64,000 nt of DNA from the NCBI GenBank assembly GCA_905178155.1, contig CAJINV010000011.1, forward strand, positions 10,154 through 74,153. The letters run 5' to 3'. The notes beneath the pieces are model-generated. The model was not told the origin of the DNA and made no database searches. It was given only the letters and a program-made list of their open reading frames with translations. The position numbers and the translations under genes were made by a program. Numbering within the stretch: the first letter of the stretch is position 1; each line of letters starts with the position of its first letter. Shown here piece after piece: positions 1 through 12,300 of the stretch. This DNA is from Amoebophrya sp. A120. Taxonomy: Eukaryota; Protista; Dinoflagellata.

Positions 1-615
1 TTTGGCCAGGCAAAAATCCCACGGGGTGGAGCCACGCTAAGCAGAACGCCCCACCGGTGGCACGCTCGCAAATTTTCCACGGGGCGGCCCCCAAAGTTCA
101 TTCAGGTCCCCCGGTCCCCCTTTGGCCAGGCAAAAATCCCACGGGGTGGAGCCACGCTAAGCAGAACGCTCCGCCGCTTTTCTTTGGCGACCCACGCAAA
201 AACCCCAAGGGGTGGGGCAACGCTAAGCAGGGCACTCCACCTGTGGTACACGCGGAAACTCATCAAGGGGCGGCCCTCCCAACCCACGGGGTTCGTGTAG
301 GTGCCCAACCCACAGAAAATGGGCCAGGGGTTCTCCCAACCTGCTCCGGGGGTTGCGTGCGTGGGTTTCTGCAGTCGGCGGGCTGCCGAACCCCTTCGCG
401 CCAATTTTCTCGCGGCCTCAAAGAAATTCTTCACAGCAATTCCACAGAAAATGGGCCAGAAATCCTCCCAACCTGCCCCGGGGGTCCTCTGGCTGGGTTT
501 CTGACGTCGGCTGCCGAGCCCTATGGCGCCACTGCAATTTTCTCGGTCGCGGCTTCAAATTCTGGCGAGCCAATCCGCAGGAAATATGCCAAAAATCTCC
601 CAGCCTGCTCCGGGA
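1..615. repeat. Degenerate GC-rich tandem repeat (120-133 bp period), truncated at window start
   Basis: tttggccaggcaaaaatcccacggggtggagccacgctaagcagaacgc at 1-49 and 121-169; ccacagaaaatgggccag...ctcccaacctgc units at about 310, 442 and 575. Confidence 0.75.
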
Positions 616-2040
616 GTTGCCATCGGGCGGCGGCTTCACTGAGTAAGGCCCATGCCCATACTAATGAGAAAGGGGGGGGGAAAGCAAGCTTTGCCGCGGG
701 TGACCGGCTTCCAATTTTTGTACGAGCGCCGGCAGGAATTTTCGCGCCACCGCCACGCCGCCGAGCGATGGCTTCGAGCCCTGCGAGGCAGGGCTTCGCA
801 TAGGGGGGCCTCTGCTCGTAGCCAAAAGGGGGGGCCTTTCCCGGGAATGGCCGGGCCTTAGTTTTTGTCGGAAAAGAAAATTTCCTGCCATACCAGCAGG
901 CGAAGGCGGGCGCCGCATTTACGCGCCCGGCCTCGTGCCATATCGTAGCGCGCAACTAGCGCGGGCACCATCCAAAGCAACCCAGCTGCACACGCTCCCG
1001 AGTGAGTACCTCGCGCGACTGATATGAAGCCGCGAGGTGACACAGCTTGTTTTATCTTGCAATTACTTACCTGACTCATCTGGAGAAATTAACAAAAAAT
1101 ACATACGAAAACCCTGCAAGACAAGGGAAGAGTGCGGGTTTAACGGTGATCGAAACGGGTCTCAAAAAGACGCGTAGCTCGACAACTTTCTCCCTCTGTG
1201 ATTGTGGTTCGCAGGATCTTGCTTGAAGCAGATTATTTCATTGCTATCCGCAGGACCGTTGAAACGCATTTACATTGTAGGCTGGCGGTGTTTCTCCATA
1301 TCCCTTTGGATCAACCAGCAACGATCTGCGATGCTTTCTATGGCACGATCCTGATGTTTAATGACGTAATAATACAGACTAAGGCGTCCACGCCTTGACG
1401 TCACGTAGCATAATCTTTGCACGGTCTCCGTCTGACGAGATCTGAGTGCCAGCTCCTTCGTCGTTTCCTTATGAAGCGACTTTATTTTTTTGAGGCGTGT
1501 ATGATCCAGTCGTGTCGCGAATAGCTGTAACAAAATTTGCGGTGCTACTTGTAGCAGAGAGGTTTGCGCGCGCGGAACGAATTCACCGTGGCTTTTACTT
1601 GACAGCAATTTCAACTAGAGCCAGATCCATTTGAATGAGAACAGTTTCACGCGAGAGGCGATTTTTTTCGCCCACTCAGCCAATCAAAGCTCGGGCAGAA
1701 GCTCGCCTTCCCGTTATTGCGTCAGAAACCATGATATCTGCGTTGAGCTGATTTCGATTACCTAGTTCTGCGCTTAGTGTAGTCTAACAAAAAAATCATT
1801 GAGTGGGTTCATTGTGGGTGTGTGTTGTTTTACCTTCAGTTGCGATTTTCTCTTTATGGAGTAGCTTTCGATCAGATGGTTGTTTTTTATTCCGTCAGGT
1901 CTTGATTTGGTAATGAAAGTAATCAAAAGGTCCTCTTGCAGAGTGCTCACGAAAGTAAGTATACAAGATCAAACAACTAAATATTCGCAACATCGTATCG
2001 TCGTGGCTCTCTCCTGCCAATCACCGGTCATTCTATCCTG

Positions 2041-3550
2041 TTAGCCGGAAGAGAAAGATGCAGCAGCTGCACGCCCGTGCTTCTGCTGTGAGGAGCGGCG
2101 GTATGGTGCGAAACTCTCGTCCTTGCGATGCTCCCCATGGTATTCGTATCTGTTTACATTTCGATTCCGAGTGTTGCGACAGTTACCTACTTCGATAGTA
2201 CATCTTCGCATCACACTCAAATCGGCCAAATTGCTGTAATTCTCCAGAACTCAACAGGGCTATAGTCTACACTTACCTTACGACGTTCGTGCGCTGTCCA
2301 ATGGCTTCGATCCTCGCGAAAGGGTTGCCTGGTAGGTGGTCCGTGCGATCTTCGCCGTCCCCATTTGCATGCAGCTGTCGCGGCACTTCGTACTCGTAGG
2401 ATGAAGAGCCCGTTGGTCCCCCGACTTCCAACGCTGCAGGTCCGCCCCCCGTATTCACTGCAAATATGTCTGGGTCGGGAAATTGAGTGGAGCTTGCATT
2501 CCGTTTGCGGCACGTCTTTGAATGTGTGTTGCATGGCCAGCAAAGGAAGACCCGTACTTTTCATGCAGAAAACGCAATTTGTGTTTCTTATGCGTGCCAT
2601 GCTTCAACGAGCGTTGCAAAACCTTGTCATGCTTCGCTGCAAGTAGAATGCTTCGAAGTGATGTTTTCATCATCCACAATTCAGCTGCATCACAGCCACA
2701 GGTTTCCAGAGCGACACATATTCGTATTTCATACTCCGCTGGCTTCGCGGAAGCAGGAACGGCAGACCGAGAATATGTTTCTATGGTGGGGCGCTCTTGA
2801 TTCCGTCGGCGTGTCCAGTGCAAATATGTCTGGGTCTGGAAGAATGTGAACTTGTATTGCGGAGTCTGGAAAAGCAAGGGAAAATCTGTGCTGCATGGTC
2901 AGCAAAAGATGATCGATTTTTGTCTCCGGAAGAGGGCAAGCCTCATTCAGACTAAGCATGGATAGGCCACCGAAGAATCATTCGTCATGCTCCGTGTGGT
3001 GCATATGCATAACTCCTTTTCCAGACCTACTTGCAGATGCAAAAACTGTGTAAGCACATGTCTGATTTCTTCAGGACCCAGACGTGTTTGCAGTGCGTAG
3101 CGTGCCTGCCACGATCTTTGTGTTGATTTCTCTCCGGCTCGTAATCGCGGTTAGATTATCCAGTGCAAATATGTCTGGCTGCGGAAACTTGTAATGCTGG
3201 GATGGGAATAACAATAGTGAATGCTCTTCGTCTTCAATGCGCAGCCAAGCACGAGAAATATCTGCACTGCTTGGTGCTGCGTTTTATGCATGACAAACTG
3301 CGTTTTTGCATGACAAGTAAAAATGTCTCTTCTTGGACATCACACATCACAAATTTCTCAGTCATGCCAGACAGGCATGACAGATCTTGCATTCATCCAG
3401 ACCCAGACATATTCGCACTTCATATAGATTTCTGTTTCTGCGTATCAAATACAAAATTGCTGCCCCTTCCCTACTTACTCGTTCCCGATGTTTGCGTTGG
3501 TAGGGTTCACCGCGCAAATCTTTGCCTTGCATGCAAAGCAGCTTCGCCAT
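2041..3550 (-). CDS. Multi-exon hypothetical protein (5' end uncertain)
   Basis: SAKPAE|GGPAALE joins in frame across element 2452-2733; canonical GTAAGT...CAG intron 2276-2234 joins in frame to the ORF ending at 2041. Confidence 0.55.
2452..2733. mobile_element. Introner family A
   Basis: tattcactgcaaatatgtctggg...gacacatattcgtatttcata; flanks ccccg/ctccg; frame restored. Confidence 0.8.
2812..3099. mobile_element. Introner family A (ends degenerate)
   Basis: tgcaaatatgtctgggtctggaag...acccagacgtgtttgca; TSD unclear. Confidence 0.7.
3157..3424. mobile_element. Introner family A
   Basis: TIRs; perfect TSD tagat. Confidence 0.85.
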
Positions 3551-3989
3551 GACAAGTCCCGCTTCAACGAGGAGCGTATAGTACGTTTTTCGTCAGTGGT
3601 ACATGCAAAACGATTTTAGAGCAACGAACACAGGCGATTCGGAAATCTCTTTCGGTAGTGGGGTGGCTTGCCAATACCATACTTCTCTTTCTTTTCCTTG
3701 TGGCGAATGGCGTCGTCGTGACGGCTAACATCGTATCAACGCTACAAAAGCCCCCCCTAGGTAAAAAGTGGAATCCACTTCGTGACAGCATGACAGGACA
3801 GGCACAGCGCTACCTACAAGAATGCGAAAACTGGCATTACAAATGGCCTGCAAACGCATCAAAGTCATGAGTTTGAGGAGTGTGTATCTGTATTCTACTT
3901 GTTGCAAGTACTAGGACATCTTTGATGAGTACCTAGTCGAAAACGATGAAGCAGCAGCACGAACTTTTCAACTAACTAGGCGAGCAGGT

Positions 3990-6900
3990 TTATTTTTGTC
4001 TCGATAGGTCGTGCTTCATTTCATGAGTCCGGTCGCCTTGTTCGCGATGGCGGGATTTCGTGGCCTTGTTCTCCTTCTCGTGGTGCTTCATGTTGCGATC
4101 TTGAGTTGCTGCCTCCCGGTGCTCTCTGGCAGGGGGGGCTGCGGTAGGAACAGGTATTTTCATCGAGAGGTGGCGGCTTCGACTGTCCTGTCGCAAACAG
4201 ACCGGGCCTCCACCATCGCCCGCGTCCGCCATGCTGGCGTCATCGTCGTCGTCGCTTTATGCGTTCGCAAATGTCCCTTGACGTCTGGAAGGATGCAAAC
4301 TTGTGATGCGCGTTTCACAATACTACACACAAACCCCTCATTCAGATGCAGCAAAAGTTTGCCCTTTCCTGTCACTGAAATAGCGGATTTGTCATTCGGA
4401 AAAGGCATTGCGAGACCTTCGCACAGCCTGTGAAGATGCTAGGACTTCTTGCATGCCAGACCTTCTGGGTCATGCGAAAGCTGCATCACGAACCTCTGTA
4501 TCCTTCCAGACATCCAGGATCGTTTGCACTGGATACGCTTTCGTGTTGAAAGTCGTCTGCTCGTGCGTGTAAGTCCGCACGATGTCCACTTGGTGGTGGC
4601 ACTGCTCGCACTGCACCTCCTATCCCACGAAAAAGTGTGACAGTCAGTATACACATTTGCTGCAACTTCAGCATCGCATATTTCTCGTCTGCATGTCAGA
4701 GAAAACTAGCAGTGCAAATAGAAATAATATCATAAGGAAAAACACTAACACGTAAAAAAGGAGGCGCGAAAGCCTTTCCTGCATCACAACGGTTTTCGGT
4801 CTTGCCGGTCCTCGTCCAACACAATGTGTATAGTGAAACACTTTTTTCTTGGCATACCAGCGTCTTGCGCCGGAAGCGACCGCGCTGCAGAAGCGGGCTT
4901 CGCCACCTCCAGTCTTGTACAGGTCGTGCTCCGGTAGTTGTTCCGCAGTTGCTCGTTACCACTTCCTATCAATGGCAAATATATGTCTGGGTCTGGAAGG
5001 TTCTAAACTTGTAATGCTGTCAGTGGATTCTACAAAAATTTGTCATGCGGTACCGGTACTATCACAAAGCCTTCTAAAAATCTGTGATGCTACGGCATGC
5101 ATCACAGACATCATGGCTCATGGAAAACATCATGCATGACAAATCTAGAATTCTTCCAGACCCAGACATTTTTGCATTTGATACTTCCGCTGGGAGTCGA
5201 GTCTTCCTCTCCAGGTTCGTTCCCAAAGTGCTCGGCGAGGATCGCATTCTCGACCGTTTTCCACCATGCGACGTTGGGCTTATCGGGAAGATGAGCTTTG
5301 GGTTCCGCCCAGCTGCACTTCCGGCGGTCGCGCACATAGAGTCCGCCCTCGAAGCTATCCTGAGTAGAAACGTCCCCACCCCACCACGTTGGTCATGCAA
5401 ATTATCCGCAGGCCGAAAATCAAATTCTCATTGCATCGCATGCGCAGCCGCATGAGAAGCATTTTCTGTAAGTACTGCGTTTTGCAATTTACCGTGCTGG
5501 AATCAGGCCCAAGGTATAGCCAGTCGATTTGTCATGATCCCACACTAGCTGAAGACGATTACGCGGCGAGTCCAAGTTTGTCATGCGCAACAGCTAAAAC
5601 TTCTTGTTGGCTTGTCGTATAGCAATTGTTTTCTCGTTATCTGGAAAGTGTACTATTCTTTTTCTGTTGGAGTTCGCTCAACGTTGCCACGCCCGCTAGG
5701 TGGCCAAAATGTGCATCTTCAAGATTGTCAGTGTATGACCAAAACTACTTGTCCTTGTCGCCTTGCAGCGGACTTGTCGGCATGCAGCAAAACTTGTGTA
5801 CAGCAAAATGTTTGTCGTGACCAGGGGATGGGGACGTTTTGTTCAGGATAGAAACGTCCCAATTCGAAACGCATCTCCCCAATTTCACCTAGATTGAGTT
5901 ATCAACATATAGTTGGTATACTGTCGTGATCAAGATGCCAAAGAATCGTCCGTCATCTTCATTTGTTGTGGTCTTGCAGCAATACCAGAGACGCAATTGC
6001 ACTACTTGATTAGTAATGATACCTTCATTCCGCCGGCTGAGCCCGCACACTTTTTTATCCTGAGCAAAAACGTCCCCCAGAATTCTCACGCAGTTTTGCA
6101 GTTACAGCAAGATTTGTAATGCGCACCTCCACGAGAGACTGCCATTTTCGATTGTGTTTTTGCATTTGTACTGACGGTGAAAACAGGAAAATCAGATGGA
6201 TTTTTGATACGGCTGTACTTGCCAACCTGCACTGCCCTACAAGTCGTAACTTGTCATGCGTGACTCGCAAAACTTCTGGATTGTGTTCAAGAATCCTCAT
6301 CGTGACTCTGGGGTGGAGACGTTGTTACACAGGATATTTTTCGATGTCGGGAAAGGTGCCGGCACCCTCTTCCTTCTCGTAGTCCAGTTTCAACAATTTG
6401 ACCGGCACAAACCCAGACTTGTCGTTGGCAGCCACGGCGCATGCATTGCAAACATGTCTGGGTCTAGAAACTTGGCATGCTAATAAAGTGTGGATGGCAG
6501 GCAGCCTCCAGTAGCACGCCCTGCATGGCAAGTTTTTCAGGGACTACTTCGTGAGTAAGGAGCATGACAAAGCCCCTTTTTGCAAGACAAACCGACGTCG
6601 CTGTATCGCAACGCGCATGACATCAAGTTTTGTTCTCTTGTCAGACCAGTATCACATGTCTTGCGAGTTCCAGACCCATTCAGATTTGCAGTGGATACGG
6701 TGTTAACGAGCAGGGTAAAGACGACCTCCCCTTCGCTTCCGTATCGGAGCACTTTTCCAAGCTGGTACGAAAAGTCGTTTTCCTGTTGCATTTGAGAAAA
6801 GACATAGGAAGAGCTTTTTCGTCTTGAGGCTTCCTGCTCAAAGAGCAAACTAGCAAAAAGAACATTTCTGTCGGAGCTATATTTTGTACTTAAACAACTT

Positions 6901-7423
6901 ATTCACTGCTCTGCAAACCTCCTGCGTGAGCTCGGCATTCGGCCTGGGCCCGGATCGCCGCCTGCGCCTGCGGCGGTACTGATCGCGGGAACGGTAGCAT
7001 CTTCCATTCTGCTGGTGTCCGTTACCTGGCTGGCCCCTCCCATAGAGATCATACGAAAAACCTATTTCACCAAATGCATGGCGCTTTGGCTCTGCATGAC
7101 CACAGGGGAAACCTAACCTGCCATGCGTTCCTTCCCTGGGAAAAAAAAAAAACACAGAGAACGGCGCCCCGTCTTCAATTTTTTCGAGCAAGACGCCCAC
7201 TTCTGTGCTGCATTCTCACAAGGTCGTTAGAGGGAAACAGGTTTTTTTTACGATAGTGCTGTCGCTGCTTGTATTCCGATCCCCGACCGCCTCCACCAGT
7301 AGATTCCAATCCACTGCCCAGTTCCACAAGATTCGGGTTTTGGCTAACCCGCTGCACACTGTTGTGGGGCTGATTGTCAAACTGAAACCCGCGCCTGCGC
7401 CTGGCACCGCGGTGATCGCTCAT
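3990..7423 (-). CDS. Multi-exon hypothetical protein with 5 introner introns plus canonical introns
   Basis: Reconstructed frame ...LLVNT|VAANDK...PDIEK|VCGLSRRNE(GT-AG intron 6022-5889)GEIGEMRFELGRF|EGGLYV...TPSGS|GNEQ...FQHES|DDDDDASMAD...stop 3990; start is tentative. Confidence 0.7.
4258..4535. mobile_element. Introner family A (variant TIR)
   Basis: Perfect TSD cgctt; frame restored. Confidence 0.8.
4967..5183. mobile_element. Introner family A
   Basis: Perfect TSD cttcc; frame restored. Confidence 0.85.
5356..5850. mobile_element. Introner family B
   Basis: tatcctgagtagaaacgtccccacccc...ggggatggggacgttttgttcaggata; flanks gaagc/gaaac; frame restored. Confidence 0.85.
6056..6336. mobile_element. 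Introner family B
   Basis: TIRs; TSD ttttt; frame restored. Confidence 0.8.
6440..6697. mobile_element. Introner family A
   Basis: Flanks cggcg/cggtg; frame restored. Confidence 0.8.
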
Positions 7424-7857
7424 TTTGGGATAATTGCTGGTCTGAATGATCTTGGAGCGATGTGTGCTTGGTGGTGGTTCTTCTAAGATTGAATCGCAGG
7501 TTTTTTGATGTGGGAAAAAAGAAAAACTCCACCCAGTACCAACCTTTGGGTGCTGTGCATTAGGCTATCAAGTAGTACTTATCAGATGGGAATGATGCTG
7601 GACGTCGGTTCGATTACCCCGGGAGGATTTACTATCGCGTACGGTGTTTTCTAAAAGTAAAATTTCCGCTCTAGCCTACTCTCTACTTCTTGCTACTCAA
7701 ACAGGCCGAGGCTTTTTGATTCTGAAGCCGGGCACTTCTTGACGCTTTTGACGGACAGAAAGACAAAACCATAAAAACAACCGTAGCCACGCGTCCTGGA
7801 AACACCATAATTGGAAAGAAAGGCATGCACAACCAAAACGGAGCAGCTGCAACCACT

Positions 7858-8200
7858 TGTCCTGGTGTTTCGGACTTACAGCAATTGAAAGAAATGATTT
7901 ACTGCTGGGTGTGAGCTAGATCTCCGCACGGGGGGATCCATCGTCTCGGCTAAGATCTTGACTGGAGCATGGGGATGTAAATAAATCTGATTGGTGCTGC
8001 AGATCTTCAGCGTCGATCTCGTGCGCCACTTAGTGATCGCCACGTGCACTTCTTCCAGATTGGGAAGTCATGATGACGTGCAACGGATCCACAATGAAAA
8101 TCACTGCCAGAAATACTATTACAGGATCTTGAGCACCACGGCATGACCGGGACCAACTGCTCGCAGTTTTACGTCTCGACAGACAGCCGCAAGAACATTT
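7858..8200. repeat. Segment paralogous to 15311-17300, lacking the insertions present there
   Basis: Near-identical blocks at 15311-15417, 15670-15723 and 17085-17300. Confidence 0.85.
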
Positions 8201-8367
8201 GGCTGTCGTCCTACAGTATCAGCTTCTTGAAAGGCAGGCTCTTGCGTACTTAGCCCGATAGATCCTTCTAGAAGCACTTCAGAAAAAAAACCTCGAGCCG
8301 ATTGCTCTCGCGCGCGTCTTCTTTGCGTCCCGACGGACTTCTTTGCATGAATTGACTCACCTGAAAG

Positions 8368-8555
8368 GAAATTCAACTTGTCGTAGAAGTCTCTCAGATC
8401 CCGACGCACGGGAATGTAGTGCTCGTAGGGCTGAAAGATCTTGTCGATCTGGTTGTCGTACCGGAAATGTGCGCGAGACAGGACCTGCCCGGCGAGAAAG
8501 GACCAGATATCACGCAGAGACACATTGTCGCTGAAGTTGTACTATGTAAACCACC
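8368..8555 (-). pseudogene. Truncated duplicate of the GT90 C-terminal exon
   Basis: [42 protein letters not shown], near-identical to 17819-18005. Confidence 0.8.
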
Positions 8556-8625
8556 TATCAAATACAAAAATGTCTGGGTCTGGAAGATCGGAACTTGTGA
8601 TGCTACCTCTGGACTCTACATAAAA

Positions 8626-9166
8626 GTCAAGATTTGAGAATTTTTGGGAATACAAAAGTGTCACGCATGCGAACTATTTTATCTAGTTTTATTTTTGGAG
8701 GTGGAAAGTCCTTGGGTGCCTGTCGTTTTTGATTTTGTTATCTTTTTGGATTCGCTTGTAGTTATCTTTTGGCTTTCACTCATAGGGAAATAGCTATGCG
8801 CGCAAACTAGAACAACACTTCGGCCCTTGCCGTCTCACCGTCAAGTACCTCTCTACCCGATGAAGTAGATAAGTAAAAAACCGCCAATCCCATGATCGGC
8901 CTGCGCATTCGGCGTTCCAAAAACATGCCCATTTTTGTTCAGTTCCACTGCATGCGACAAAACGATGAATCGGATTCAAAGGGATAGATCTGACAGCAAC
9001 ACTTAGACTAGGTCTTGGTCGTGGATGTCGAAGATTAGTAAAAAGGCCAAAAACAATACAAAAAAAGGTGTGCAGACTGATGCTGCTTGCGACAAAATCG
9101 AAGGTAAAGGTAAATCTCGACTTGATCCAAAATGGCTACACAGCCTTGAGCCAAAATGGCTACGGA
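8626..9166 (-). pseudogene. Retrocopy of an SL-trans-spliced transcript, flanked by a 15-bp duplication
   Basis: Begins exactly with the spliced leader; ggactctacataaaa at 8611-8625 and 9167-9181. Confidence 0.75.
9121..9166 (-). other. Tandem dinoflagellate spliced leader: exact copy 9166-9145 and relict copy 9140-9121
   Basis: Reverse complements TCCGTAGCCATTTTGGCTCAAG and TGTAGCCATTTTGGATCAAG versus consensus DCCGTAGCCATTTTGGCTCAAG. Confidence 0.95.
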
Positions 9167-9334
9167 GGACTCTACATAAAATTTGTATTGGATGAACAGC
9201 AGAAGAGGCGTAATTTGTGCTACACGGAGAGGGTATGTCTCATACTACGACAGCGGAAAAAATTGATGAGGAAAGAAAAAACGAAACAAGTCGACCACTC
9301 TCACGATTCGGAGTTTCTTACTTTCGCGCTTCTT

Positions 9335-12300
9335 TCATTGACAGGAGCGCGCCGCCTCATCGTGACGCCGTCGGATCATGGCGAGCGCGTCCTTGGCAGG
9401 GAGCTCGTTCGCTATGTGTCTCCTGTAGCCAGCCCCGTTCGTTCGTTCGTCAGCCTCGTAAATCGTCGACGTTTGCTCTGCTCCCAACGGCTCGAGTCCT
9501 TCCCTTTTGTGTCGGCACTTCGGCAGAGGAAGATGGTGGCGGCGGTACATTGGGTGGTCCCACTGTTCCGGGTGGGTGGGCAGCGCTTGTTTGATCACTT
9601 CGCAGCTGTATCCCCGAGAAAAAAGCAGGCAGGTGCTCGCAGCTGTAACGCAGAAATAAACACACAGAAAAATCTGTCATAGGCGGCCCCATAGTGCGCT
9701 ATTTAGGACACGCAAGACAGATTTTTCAGTGTGTTCATTTTTGCATTTACAAAGATGGCCCGCCGGCTTTTTTCTGTGGGATACACCGCAGGCTCTCACC
9801 CGTTCAGCACAGTCGTCCGCGGCCACTCTCTTCCCATGTGCTGGAGGTCCATCCGCTAGACCAAGGGAGACCCGCAATATCTCCGCGTAGGCCTGCTTTT
9901 CATTGTTCAGAAACAACTCCAGCAGCAATTTTCTTTCCGCGCAGTGCGTCCTCATCCGCCAGTCTTTATCCCAGAGAAAAAAGCTGGCAGGGCACATTTG
10001 TAATGCAAAAATCAATACACAGAAAAACTTGTCGTGGGTGGCCCCATAGCATGGGACTTCGGATATGCAATGCAATTTTTTTTGTGTATTCATTTTTGCA
10101 TTACAGAAATGCCCTCCAGCTTTTTTCTGTGTGATAGTCTTCCATTCCGATGAAGGTGCCATTGAGCCTCATGGCCACGTCGACGGACTTATTGTAAGGA
10201 AATATCCCGCCTCCCCATACTAAAAAGGAACAAGCCGCAGAAAATTTGCAATGCTGATGCGCGATCGCAAATCGGCTCCGTCTTGCAAGAAGGCAACTTC
10301 ACAGGCTCCGCCGCAGTATGAAGGCGGTTTGTGATGCTGTTGCACCTACAGTGTGGACATTTGTAATGCTAGGCCCTAGGTCAAAGCCTCGCTCCCCAGG
10401 GTTGACAGATGCCTGCAGTCCTCTAATGCAAGACAAGTGTGATTTGTGTACGAAAATGCAGCATCACAAATTAGCTTTTCGATATGGGGAGGGGTGTTTT
10501 TCCTTTTGATAAAACTGCACAGCACTGTTTTCCCCGCCGACGAGGTTCGCCGGCTGGTCGCGCAACTGTTTGCAGTATGCATGACAAATGTGTCTGGGTC
10601 TGGAAGGATGCGACTTGTGATGCTACCTTTCGAACACTCTACATAAAATCTGTATTGCATGAACAGCAAATCAAGAGGCGCAAACGCAATTGGCGGAGAG
10701 GGCATTTCTCATGCGGCATGAGCACCAGAAAGCCCTCGCAGAATCTCTAATGCTAGGGCATGCATCACAGACCCCATGGGTGATGCAAAATCTGCATGAT
10801 ACACTCCTGCATTCTTCCAGACCCGAACATATTTGCAGTTGATATGCACAGTTTGCGTGGGATCCAGCCGCGCTTTTTCTTTTTTTCTTCGGCTTGGCCG
10901 ACAAGCCGCAACACCAAAATTGGATCGGTTACGGTTAGCCCGAGCTGTTGTCGCGCTTTGCGCTCGGCCTATTACAATGAAACGCCCCCCCTCGTCACCA
11001 TGTTCAAAGGGAGATTTCTTGTCTAGCATGCTTTGTGCAGCTCACAGATTAGTTTGTCACCCTAGAAGGCAACAGATAGAGATGCGGGCTGCAGTGCTTT
11101 CTCCTTCAGCATGGCAGGAAGCAACTGGAAGTAGCGGGAAACAGCATGACAAGTTGCCTGCATACGCAGCTGCAAGTGCGTCTCTTGGCCTTCTAGCAAC
11201 ACAGGTTCATAATTTCTGTGCGCAAATCTAGAGTTCCACATTGACTTTTCGATATGGGGAGAGGGGATTTTTCCTCGCAATACGGTTTGGTTAAGGGTGT
11301 CCGCTCTGTGGATATGGACGCGCGTCCACTTTGCCGTCAGGAATCGGAGCGGCAACGTATTTGTGTGGAGAATATGAAGTGCAAAATTATCGCACTCGTA
11401 GTAATTGCTGTTACGTACCTACAAACCTCTCTCCTAAGGTAAAAAAACAGCATCACAAATTGATTTGTAGTGCTGAGCTAATTCGTATATGCAACTTGTT
11501 GTACTAGGAGCGCGGTAACAATTAAATCAACTAACTCGGATCTCCGAGTTAGTGGCCCGGCCGTCCGAATCCGGGCGGCCGGACGACTAACTCGGGATTG
11601 TAAGTGGGAAAGTTTTTCGATTGTTATAGCGACGCCGGAGCCGACGACTTCGATCAGAGGCGTGCTTTGAAAACGTCCTGGCAACATATGCAATTCGTGC
11701 GGTTTTGTGCATAATTTTTGCGCTTTCATCAAAAAACGCGCTTCAGTCGGAAAGCGTGTAAAACTGTTGCGCTTCGTAAATGTTAGCTTCACGGCAGGGA
11801 ATATTTCGCCATGACAAAACAGGCATCGCCTGCGTTGCAAAGAAAGCGAAAACGTTGCCCCGCCGATTTTCAAAAAAAACCCTAAGAGCACAAATAACAT
11901 GCACAAAAGCACAAATCCGCATAGGGAATTCCGGCAGTCACCGACTGCGCGAGTTGCCTGCTAGCTAGTGGTCGCCACGAGTTACCCTTACCTGGCTAGG
12001 GAGCTCGTGCGTGGCGACCAGTCTCGGCCGCCCGCAAAACTTTCGCACTTACAGGCCCGAGTTAGTCGTCCGGCCGCCCGGATCCGGACGGCCGGGCGAC
12101 TAACTCGGAGATCCGAGTTAGTTGATTTAATTGTTACCGCGCTCTAGTACGACAATTTTGCAATTCATAGGGAAACTCGAAGAACAATTTCGCGTGGAGT
12201 TCGTGCAGGGGAATCCGCAGTGCTGCAGCAGGTTGGTCACTGGTGTAGACGCGGCACATATCCACCTGTGTAGATTGACGTCCACGGCACCCCAGAGAAG

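Larger units (their letters stand above)
8556..9250. mobile_element. Left half of a family A introner interrupted by an SL-bearing insert
   Basis: TIR at 8556; element sequence resumes at 9182 and matches the interior of element 10576-10844. Confidence 0.7.

Noticed and set aside
57-955. Long ORFs at the window start
   Set aside because: They fall in GC-rich tandem repeat sequence, are open on both strands and show no recognisable domain.
7600-7630. tRNA-like ggttcgatt B-box
   Set aside because: No cloverleaf or acceptor stem could be formed.
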